A stretch of 64,000 bases of DNA from Candidatus Latescibacterota bacterium (GTDB taxonomy: Bacteria > Krumholzibacteriota > Krumholzibacteriia > LZORAL124-64-63), in assembly GCA_030658975.1 (NCBI GenBank), contig JAUSBL010000052.1:42954-106953 (forward strand), in the 5' to 3' direction. Made by a program: the position numbers and the translations under genes. The notes beneath the pieces were generated by a model that saw only the letters and a list, made by a program, of their open reading frames with translations, made no database searches and was not told where the DNA came from. Below, piece by piece: positions 20,938 through 28,435 of this stretch (positions within the stretch are counted from its first letter, which is position 1; every line of letters starts with the position of its first letter).

Positions 20938-22210
20938 CCGCTTTCGCGACCGCACCCGCGCGCATCCGCCCGATCCCCCGCACCACCACCGCGCCATAAG
21001 CCAGCGTCACCCACGCCGACCCGGCCAGCACCGTCCAGGCCGCGCCCGTCATGCCGTGCGCCGGGATCAGCCAGCGGCCCAGCGCCACCAGCAGCACGGC
21101 GTTCAGGGCGTGGATCACGAGCTGGGGTCGGAACGCCTGCATGGCCGTGGCCGGCGCCCCGAGCAGGCTGCCGAGGTTCATGATGCCGCCGCCGGCCATG
21201 ATCAGCACGAAGAGGTCCGCGCGCACCGCGTACTCGGCGTCGTAGACCAGGGTGAGCAGGGGGCCGCCCCACCACTGCGCGACCGCCACGCCGGCCAGGC
21301 CGAGCGCCACGCCCACGGCCATGAGCTTGGCCACGGTGGAGCGGAAGGCGCTCGCTTCCCCGTCGGCGTAGTTGCGGGCCAGCCGCGCGATGCTGGACTG
21401 GGACAGGGCCATCACCACCGTGTTGGAGACGAGCACCAGGTAGGCCATGGCCGAGAAGATGCCGAGCGCCTCCTCGCCCTGGGCGCTCTCGAGCATGGTG
21501 CGGGGCACCGTGTTGCGCAGCTGGATCAGCAGCATGACGACGCCCAGCGGCAGCGCCGTCCAGATGATCGCCTTGATCGCCGCGGGTCGCCAGCGCGGGG
21601 CCAGCGTGCCGCCGTCGCCGTCGTCCGTCGCGCGCACCAGGGCGCGGCAGCGCGGGAGGTCGAAGAGCAGCAGCGGCGCCGCCCAGGCCACCGGCCAGGC
21701 CACCAGCGCCGCGTTGAGGCTCCCCGTCCAGCGGTAGACGACGGCGAACAGGACCAGCGAGACCAGGCCGCGGATCATCAGCGAGCGGGCCATCAGGTCC
21801 ATGCGCTCGCGCTTCTGCTCCAGGCCGTAGAACACGTCGCCCACGCCGTCGATCACGCGGCCGATCCCGTACAGGACGATCGCCGTGACCTGGGCCCCGC
21901 TGTAGCCGGCCAGGCCGACGCCGACCACCGCGACCAGCGCCAGGGGCGCCAGCAGCAGCTGCACGCCCAGGTAGTCGCGGAACGGGAAGCGGCCCTGCGC
22001 GTCGCTGACGAAGACGGACCTCAGCTGGAGGTTGGCGAAGACCACCAGCGGCGTCGCCACGGTCGTGGCCAGCGAGAGGCGGCCCACCTCCGCGGCCGAG
22101 CCCAGCTTGGTCAGCACGACCAGGATGCCCCACTGGCTGGCGGCGAAGACCACGTTGCCGAGGAAGGTCCAGGTGAAGTTGCGCCGCAGGGAGGGTGGGG
22201 AGGCCGCCAT
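20924..22210 (-). CDS. Wzx-type polysaccharide flippase (second copy)
   Basis: Extracted from 1036-aa ORF artefact. ATG 22210 (MAASPPSLRRNFTWTFLGNVVFAASQWGILVVLTKLGSAAEVGRL...), classic flippase N-terminus, 12 TM. TAATG overlap with WbpM-like stop. Confidence 0.7.
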   Translation of the reverse strand: MAASPPSLRRNFTWTFLGNVVFAASQWGILVVLTKLGSAAEVGRLSLATTVATPLVVFANLQLRSVFVSDAQGRFPFRDYLGVQLLLAPLALVAVVGVGLAGYSGAQVTAIVLYGIGRVIDGVGDVFYGLEQKRERMDLMARSLMIRGLVSLVLFAVVYRWTGSLNAALVAWPVAWAAPLLLFDLPRCRALVRATDDGDGGTLAPRWRPAAIKAIIWTALPLGVVMLLIQLRNTVPRTMLESAQGEEALGIFSAMAYLVLVSNTVVMALSQSSIARLARNYADGEASAFRSTVAKLMAVGVALGLAGVAVAQWWGGPLLTLVYDAEYAVRADLFVLIMAGGGIMNLGSLLGAPATAMQAFRPQLVIHALNAVLLVALGRWLIPAHGMTGAAWTVLAGSAWVTLAYGAVVVRGIGRMRAGAVAKAGGTA

Positions 22211-24165
22211 TACGCGGTCGGCCCGGTCGGGGCGGCGGTCGGCGGCATTTCCGCGGCCTCGCGCGTCTGGCCCTGGAAGTCGGGCACCAGTTCCAGCAGC
22301 TGTTCCCAGCACTCGCGCATGTTGCCGGCGGCGGCCGATGTGAGCAGCGCGTCCACGCGGGCGTCGAGGTCCGGCACGCCGCCGGTGCGGCGGGCCACGC
22401 GGATGCCCGGGTTGCTGGTGGGCTCCGGCTTCTCCTCGGGCGTCCACAGCTCCTCGTAGAGCTTCTCGCCCGGCCGCAGGCCGGTGTAGACGATGGGCAC
22501 GTCGATCTCGGGCGTCAGCCCCGACAGCTGGATCATCTGCCGCGCCAGGGCGTCGATCCGCACCGGCGCGCCCATGTCCAGGATGAAGATCTCGTCGCCC
22601 GTGCCCATGCCCGCCGCGTAGAGCACCAGGTGCACGGCCTCGGCGATGGTCATGAAGTAGCGCTCGATGCGCGGGTCGGTGACCGTCACCGGGCCGCCCT
22701 TGCGGATCTGCTCCAGGAACAGCTCCACGACGCTGCCCGCCGACCCCAGCACGTTCCCGAAGCGGATGGTCGAGAAGCTCGTGCCGCCCTGGTCTCCGGC
22801 GCCCAGGTGCTGGATCACGCGCTCGGCGATCTGCTTGGTCGCGCCCATGACGCTGGTGGGCCGCACGGCCTTGTCGGTGCTGATCTTCACGAAGCGCTCG
22901 ACGCCGTAGCGCTGGGACAGTCGCGCCATCGTGCGCGTGCCGCCCACGTTGTTGCGGATCGCCTCGACGGGATGGAACTGCAGGATGGGCACGTGCTTGT
23001 AGGCCGCGGCGTGGAACACGATCTGCGGCTTCCAGCGCGAGAACAGGGCGTCCATGCGCCCCTCGTCCTTGACGTCCCCGAGGAAGAAGGCGAGCGCGGC
23101 GTCGGGCCGGCGCCGCCGCAGCTCCTGCTCGAGACGGAACAACCCGTTCTCGTCCTTGTCCAGGCAGACCAGCCGCAGGGCCCCCTGGTCGACGATCTGC
23201 CGGCACAGCTCCGAACCGATGCTGCCCGCCGCCCCGGTCACCAGCACGATGCGCCCCTCCAGCAGCCGGCGGATCTCCGGCACGTCCGAACGCACGACGC
23301 GCCGGTTGAGCAGGTCGTCGAGCGAGAAGTCCTGGATGCGGGTGACCGCCTCGCTGCTCTGCAGCACCTGCCAGATGTCGGGGGTGGTCTTCAGCGGCAG
23401 GCCGGTCTCGCGGCACAGCTTCACGACGCGGTACAGCTGCGCCGTGGTGGCCGCCGGCATCGCCAGGATGATCGCCTCGGCCCTCGTGCGCCGCGCCACC
23501 TCGCCGATGACGTCGATCGGCGTGGCGACGCCCACGCCGTGGATCGTGATGCCCTGCTTGAGCGGGTCGTCGTCGACGATGGCCACCGGCCGGTAGGCGT
23601 TCAGCCTGGCCGTGTTCATGGCTTCCAGCACCAGGTTGCAGGCCCTGCCCGCGCCCACGATGACCACGCGCGTGCGCGGGCCGGCGTCGATGCCCCGCGA
23701 GAGGTGGTCCAGGATGCGGTACGCGTAGCGGCCGACCACGGCCAGCGCCATGCACAGGACGGTGTCGATGATCAGCACCGAGCGGGGGAAGGCCCCCTGG
23801 TAGGCCCACAGCAGGATCGCGGCGTCGAACGCCGATCCGACCAGGATCGCGTTGATCATCGGCGGCACGTCCCGCAGACCGGCGAACCGCCACGAGACCC
23901 GGTGCAGCCCGAAGGCGGCGAACACAACCAGTCGCACCGGCACGGCCACCAGCAGCATCGACTGCCACCACTCGGGCCACTTGGGCACCTTGCGCAGCCA
24001 GGACCACTCGAAGCGGATGAGAAAGGACAGGCACACCGACAGGGCGGCGATCGCGCCGAAGAAGGCGAAGAAGAAGAGCAGACGGTGGCGCCGGACCATG
24101 AGGCTCAGGGGTCCGGACGTCGGCGGGCGCAGAACGCCGAGGGTCTTGCGGATGCGTTCGACCAT
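22210..24165 (-). CDS. WbpM/PglF/CapD-type membrane UDP-N-acetylglucosamine 4,6-dehydratase
   Basis: 651 aa. N-terminal TM helices. LVTGAAGSIGSELCRQIVDQG and second Rossmann block. Family hallmark two-domain architecture. Confidence 0.85.
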   Translation of the reverse strand: MVERIRKTLGVLRPPTSGPLSLMVRRHRLLFFFAFFGAIAALSVCLSFLIRFEWSWLRKVPKWPEWWQSMLLVAVPVRLVVFAAFGLHRVSWRFAGLRDVPPMINAILVGSAFDAAILLWAYQGAFPRSVLIIDTVLCMALAVVGRYAYRILDHLSRGIDAGPRTRVVIVGAGRACNLVLEAMNTARLNAYRPVAIVDDDPLKQGITIHGVGVATPIDVIGEVARRTRAEAIILAMPAATTAQLYRVVKLCRETGLPLKTTPDIWQVLQSSEAVTRIQDFSLDDLLNRRVVRSDVPEIRRLLEGRIVLVTGAAGSIGSELCRQIVDQGALRLVCLDKDENGLFRLEQELRRRRPDAALAFFLGDVKDEGRMDALFSRWKPQIVFHAAAYKHVPILQFHPVEAIRNNVGGTRTMARLSQRYGVERFVKISTDKAVRPTSVMGATKQIAERVIQHLGAGDQGGTSFSTIRFGNVLGSAGSVVELFLEQIRKGGPVTVTDPRIERYFMTIAEAVHLVLYAAGMGTGDEIFILDMGAPVRIDALARQMIQLSGLTPEIDVPIVYTGLRPGEKLYEELWTPEEKPEPTSNPGIRVARRTGGVPDLDARVDALLTSAAAGNMRECWEQLLELVPDFQGQTREAAEMPPTAAPTGPTA

Positions 24166-24271
24166 GGGTTGGAACGCGGCCTCCGTACCGCGGGATCGCA
24201 GGCCGGAGGATAAGGCGCAGGCCTGGGAAAATCCAGCGGGGATAAATCCGTCGGGAGTCCGGAGGCCCGCC

Positions 24272-24970
24272 CTACCAGCTGCGGACGGGGCCAGTGTCCA
24301 GGTGAATGAAGCGCGAACCGGGGTAGTAGCCGACGCCGCCGGACTTCAGGTCGCGGGCGGCGCGGCGCAGCTGTGCGAGCTGGACGCCGGGCAGGCTCAC
24401 GTCGACGGCGCGGCCGTTGATGTGGTAGCTGTGCTTGGCCACGCCGGCGCCGCGGCGGCGCATGGCCGCGTTGGTGGCCGGGGACCGGTACCCGCAGACG
24501 ACCTGGAAAGGCTCGGACGAGTCGAGCTTGGCGGTCACGTCGTGCAGCAGGTCCAGCAACTGGGGGTCGATGGGCTTGACCTCATCGTTGCGGTGGTCCC
24601 GCAGCAGTCGATCGAGGGCAGCCGTCGCATCTGGCACGAGGATGCCCTTCTCCCGGTAGGCGCAGGACAGCCGCTCGCCGGTATTGACGTTCAGCAGCGA
24701 AATCAGGTGTGCGTCCGGGACGCCGGGGATCCCCGTCGGCGCCGGGGGCGGCGGAGCGCCGAGGACGTCGCTCCCGGTCACCGCAGCGGCCAGGGGCAGG
24801 GGCGCCAGGCAGGCCAGTGCCACGCCTCCGAAGATCCGCAGGAAGCGCCGCCGGTCGACGGCGTCGTTGTCGATCTGGTTGGTCAAACAGGATGTCCCTT
24901 CACGATGCCGATGTCCTCGCGGACGCTCCGACCGGCGGCTACCTGACTCTTCCTGGAGGAAGACGGGCAA
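24272..24970 (-). CDS. DUF882/peptidase M15A-like protein with twin-arginine signal
   Basis: DRRRFLRIFGGVALACLAPLPLAAAV Tat motif. C-terminal HSYHINGRAVDV and HLD motifs of YcbK/M15A family. Start uncertain (ATG 24970 or TTG 24886). Confidence 0.6.
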   Translation of the reverse strand: MPVFLQEESGSRRSERPRGHRHREGTSCLTNQIDNDAVDRRRFLRIFGGVALACLAPLPLAAAVTGSDVLGAPPPPAPTGIPGVPDAHLISLLNVNTGERLSCAYREKGILVPDATAALDRLLRDHRNDEVKPIDPQLLDLLHDVTAKLDSSEPFQVVCGYRSPATNAAMRRRGAGVAKHSYHINGRAVDVSLPGVQLAQLRRAARDLKSGGVGYYPGSRFIHLDTGPVRSW

Positions 24971-25139
24971 CGCACAAAATGGAGCGCGGGTTCCCGAAAG
25001 GGGAGTCCTGTTTTTTGCTTAATGGTAATATTCAACGCCATCCGGCGATCTCCCAGCACCTTGACAGCGGGCGTTCCCCCTGCGATTGATGGGATGATAC
25101 GCTCCATCAGCCCGATTCCTGCCTTCCCGGGGGTCCCCG

Positions 25140-26999
25140 ATGGCGTCCCCTCGCCAGCACCGCAACTTTAACATCATGCCGCTCTTGATGTTACTGCTCT
25201 TGGTGCTGGCCGCCGCCGCCGGCTGGCGCTGGCAGGCCTGGTCGCGGGCGATCAACCTCATGCTGCCCGAAGGCTCCCGGCCCGCCCGCATGACCTTCGC
25301 CGTCGAGGAACACGACCGCGACGGCTTCGAACTGGTCGCCAGGAGCCTGGACCTCGAGTTCCGGCGCAACTTCGACCACGTGGACCGCTTCCGCGAAGCC
25401 GGCATCCGCTCCTACCGCGGCCCCGAGACCTGCCTGGTCTGCCACCGGGAGATCGAGTTCGTGAACACCTACGGATTGCCCCGCCGCGAGGATCTCATGA
25501 AGAACCTCACCGGTTCGGTGCACTACCGCTTGTTCAGCTCGGACCACAAGAATGTCCGCGGCTTCAGCGGCCGCTCGGCCGACGGCCTGCCCATGGGCAT
25601 GATCGACCGCCCCTGCCCCAAGCCGGGCTCATTCGCGATGACCGCCTGGGCCGAGTGGGTCGTCAACACGCGGGGCGACACCCTCAGCGAGGGCTGCGGC
25701 CAGTGCCACATCGGCGGCCAGGCGCAGGCCCCCCTCGGCGAGATCATGCCCCACTACAGGACGCTGCCCGAGGAGCGCGACGCCATCGACTGCCTCATCT
25801 GCCACGCCGCGGCCTACGACTTGAACCGCAGGCAGGTGGTCCGCGACGCCAACGGCCGCCTGCGCTGGGACCAGGACCGCAGCCTGCGCGCCGCCCTCTC
25901 GGTGGAGACGCCGTCGTCGCAGTCCTGCCTGCGCTGCCACCAGCACAACATGGGCGGCGACGTCTACGTCGACCCGAAGGATCCCTCCTTCACACCCTCG
26001 TCGCGCGCACGCGGCGACCGCTACCCGCGCGTGATGCACCCCGGCTCCAAGCGCGGCACCCCCTACTCGCCGTCCTGGGACGTGCACGCCGCCGCCGGCC
26101 TGGCCTGCCTCGACTGCCACCCCACCGAGGGCCACCGCATCGCCAAGGGCACGCACACCACCACGATGATGGCCAACGACCTGCCGGACGTCGAGGTGGC
26201 CTGCGAGCGCTGCCACACCGACGCACCCCACGAGGACAACACGCGCACCGCCCGCATCCTGAACGAGCACGGCACCTGGATCGCCTGCGTCACCTGCCAC
26301 ATCCCCAGCCTCCACCCCGACAACGTCACCCGCCGCGATTTCTCGCAGACGGTCCTGGAGACGGAGCAGGGCATCCACATCTACGATGATGTGGAGAAGC
26401 TGACCGGCCCGGGCGAGGGCCTTGCCTACGTCTGGTGGAACGGGGACGCCACCTTCCTCGGCAACCCGATCGGCGACAACCCCGACGGCACGTGGCGCGC
26501 CTACACGGCGCCGCACCGCTGGCCCGAGTGGGAGCAGTACGACTACGACGCCTGGTACGAGCGCGTGATGCGCCCGCTGGCGGCCGCGGGCCGCCCCAGC
26601 AAGCTGTACGCGATGAAGCGCTTCAACGGCCGCCAGCACATCGACCTGCAGAACGCCGGTCCCTTCGGCGGCATGTTCGTGCCCTACAACCTGCCCCTGT
26701 ACTACCGCGACGGCGACCCCGACGCCGCCGCCCGCGCCGAGATGGAAAAGCCCATGATGAAAATGATGTACGGCCGCATGTTCCAGATCTACCTCATGAA
26801 CCGATTCATCAGCTACATGGATGTCCCCGGCTGGAACACCCAGGCCTACGAAGACGTCCGCGCCGGCCGCCAGGTCGAGCCCCGCTGGCTGCCCGAAGAC
26901 GCCATGCTCGAGGTCAGCCACGGGGTGCGCCTGAAAGGGGCGCTGAATTGCCGCGACTGCCATGCCCCCGACGGCAGCATGGCGCCCTTCCTTCCTTAG
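25140..26999 (+). CDS. Membrane-anchored octaheme c-type cytochrome
   Basis: N-terminal TM (MPLLMLLLLVLAAAAGW) and eight CxxCH motifs: CLVCH, CGQCH, CLICH, CLRCH, CLDCH, CERCH, CVTCH, CRDCH. Confidence 0.8.
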   Translation: MASPRQHRNFNIMPLLMLLLLVLAAAAGWRWQAWSRAINLMLPEGSRPARMTFAVEEHDRDGFELVARSLDLEFRRNFDHVDRFREAGIRSYRGPETCLVCHREIEFVNTYGLPRREDLMKNLTGSVHYRLFSSDHKNVRGFSGRSADGLPMGMIDRPCPKPGSFAMTAWAEWVVNTRGDTLSEGCGQCHIGGQAQAPLGEIMPHYRTLPEERDAIDCLICHAAAYDLNRRQVVRDANGRLRWDQDRSLRAALSVETPSSQSCLRCHQHNMGGDVYVDPKDPSFTPSSRARGDRYPRVMHPGSKRGTPYSPSWDVHAAAGLACLDCHPTEGHRIAKGTHTTTMMANDLPDVEVACERCHTDAPHEDNTRTARILNEHGTWIACVTCHIPSLHPDNVTRRDFSQTVLETEQGIHIYDDVEKLTGPGEGLAYVWWNGDATFLGNPIGDNPDGTWRAYTAPHRWPEWEQYDYDAWYERVMRPLAAAGRPSKLYAMKRFNGRQHIDLQNAGPFGGMFVPYNLPLYYRDGDPDAAARAEMEKPMMKMMYGRMFQIYLMNRFISYMDVPGWNTQAYEDVRAGRQVEPRWLPEDAMLEVSHGVRLKGALNCRDCHAPDGSMAPFLP

Positions 27000-27036
27000 A
27001 TCCTGTAGTTACGATGCCCCTCAGTCAGCCCTTACA

Positions 27037-27080
27037 TGTATAGATATGTATCAATTCATGGATATATCGTACCCTATACA
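27037..27080. repeat. AT-rich palindromic motif in convergent intergenic region (cytochrome / dsrC)
   Basis: TGTATAGATATGTATCAATTCATGGATATATCG followed by CTATACA (inverted copy of TGTATAG). Related to motif at 46390..46410. Confidence 0.4.
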
Positions 27081-27406
27081 CATCCATCTGGTTTTGGAAG
27101 ACCAGCGTATTTGCAGGCGCCGTGGGCGGGCCCCTTGGGAAACAGCTCGTAGATCCGGCTCAGCTTGAAGCCGGTCTCCTGGCAGAGGAGGCGGACCATC
27201 GGGGCGCGGTCGAGGCGGGACCAGTACGCGCGCAGGAACTCCAGGACCCGCCAGTGCTCGGCGGTGAGTTCGGGCAGACCGTCGGCGGCGGCCAGGGCGG
27301 TGGCGATCGCGGGGGTCCAGTCGTCGGGGTGGACCATGAAGCCATCGTGATCGACGGTCAGGCGCACGCCGTCGTACTGGAAGAGTCTGGGATCCCCGCT
27401 CGCCAT
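27074..27406 (-). CDS. dsrC: DsrC/TusE-family sulfur-relay protein with both conserved C-terminal cysteines
   Basis: ORF trimmed to ATG 27406 (GGAGGG SD). C-terminus ...HGACKYAGLPKPDGCV, i.e. Cys-X10-Cys-Val-COOH, the DsrC signature. Confidence 0.8.
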   Translation of the reverse strand: MASGDPRLFQYDGVRLTVDHDGFMVHPDDWTPAIATALAAADGLPELTAEHWRVLEFLRAYWSRLDRAPMVRLLCQETGFKLSRIYELFPKGPAHGACKYAGLPKPDGCV

Positions 27407-27485
27407 GCCTTCCCTCCGGTGCCGATGATCAGCGAACGTTAGCGCACCCAGGGGAGGGAGGCAAGTCATGGGCGGGCCCTTCAAC

Positions 27486-27509
27486 GAGAGACCCGGCTCG
27501 CGCCGGGTC
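27486..27509 (-). terminator. GC-rich hairpin between secreted-protein gene and dsrC (possible intrinsic terminator/attenuator)
   Basis: GAGACCCGGC-tcgc-GCCGGGTCTC, perfect 10-bp stem, followed on the minus strand by TCGTTG (poor U-tail). Confidence 0.35.
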
Positions 27510-27541
27510 TCCCGTGGTCATCGGATTCCGGGTTCTGCGGA

Positions 27542-28327
27542 TTACCGATACAGCGTCTTGACCGTGCCCCAGGTCATGTCCTCGTTGGCGACGGTGCCCA
27601 GGTCCTGGAACGTGATGTTCGCCCAGTCGACCTGGACGTAGCCGTTCAGGTCGCCCTGCTGCAGGAACTGCAGGAAGTCGCCGCCGACCTGGGCGTTGTC
27701 GAGCATGCCCCAGGTCCCGTAGGGCTCGGCGGGGTTGCCCATGTCGAAGGCCAGCGCGCCGCTGGTGTACGGCGTGCCGCCGATGGTGACCTTGTACTCG
27801 ATCGTCGCCGGGGAGCCCGCGTTGAGGCTGTTGGGCATGTACACGACTTCGGCGTGCACGGTCTCGCCCTTCACGTAGTGCAGGCCCTGCGAGGCGGTGA
27901 AGCTGTAGAAGGGCAGCCGGCCGCCGAAGCAGGCGATCTCGCCGTCGTTGGTGCGGAAGTTGAAGGCTCCGCCCACGGCCTGGGACCACCACGGGGCGAT
28001 GGCCAGCGTGGCCTCGGCCTCGCCGGTGCCGCTGATGGTCAGGTCGCAGCTGTAGCTGAACCCGTCGCCGTTGGCGAAGTTCTGGGCGACGCCGCCGTCG
28101 GCGAAGCGCCAGTTGTGGCGGCTGCCCCAGCCCGCGCCGCACATGACCTTCTGCTCGTGGATGGAGACCAGGGCGCTGTAGTTGTTGGTGCTGGTGACGG
28201 TGCCCAGGGGGCAGTCGTTCCAGATCCGCTCGGTGATTACGGCGCCGTTGGGCACGTTGGTGGCCAGGGCCACCGACGAGATGGCCAGCAGCAGCGCCAG
28301 CAGCATCAGCTTATGAGTCGTCTTCAT
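27542..28327 (-). CDS. Secreted hypothetical protein (signal peptide, 4 Cys)
   Basis: MKTTHKLMLLALLLAISSVALA signal peptide. No recognisable family. Within the T9SS/TBDR operon. Confidence 0.6.
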   Translation of the reverse strand: MKTTHKLMLLALLLAISSVALATNVPNGAVITERIWNDCPLGTVTSTNNYSALVSIHEQKVMCGAGWGSRHNWRFADGGVAQNFANGDGFSYSCDLTISGTGEAEATLAIAPWWSQAVGGAFNFRTNDGEIACFGGRLPFYSFTASQGLHYVKGETVHAEVVYMPNSLNAGSPATIEYKVTIGGTPYTSGALAFDMGNPAEPYGTWGMLDNAQVGGDFLQFLQQGDLNGYVQVDWANITFQDLGTVANEDMTWGTVKTLYR

Positions 28328-28435
28328 GTTGAGTCTCCCTGTGTTGTTGATCGTTCGTTCGCTCGGATCAGGATCCCGTTCCGTTTCTTGCTGACTCGCC
28401 TCCTCTCTTCTCGCTTCCCGTGCGTGTCTTCCCTC

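Noticed and set aside
19677-24034. 818-aa and 1036-aa minus-strand ORFs from the track
   Set aside because: N-terminal extensions running through upstream genes in alternate frames. Split into Wzy-like paralog 2 (19677..20937), Wzx (20924..22210) and WbpM-like (22210..24165) on the basis of paralog alignment, SD sequences and signal/TM features.
22195-24213. 672-aa plus-strand ORF and 48249..51059 / 48308..51106 / 56458..58527 / 16366..17199 long alternate-frame ORFs
   Set aside because: All give Arg/Gly/Ala/Pro/His-rich low-complexity proteins antisense or out of frame to genes with clear family motifs.
24970-25140. Possible terminator/promoter upstream of the cytochrome gene (T-run cctgttttttgc)
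   Set aside because: No convincing stem precedes the T-run and no clean -35/-10 pair. Left uncalled.
25140-26999. Considered a decaheme MtrA/DmsE-type or NapC/NrfH-type cytochrome
   Set aside because: Exactly eight CxxCH motifs counted. Size and spacing do not fit tetraheme NapC/NrfH or decaheme MtrA.
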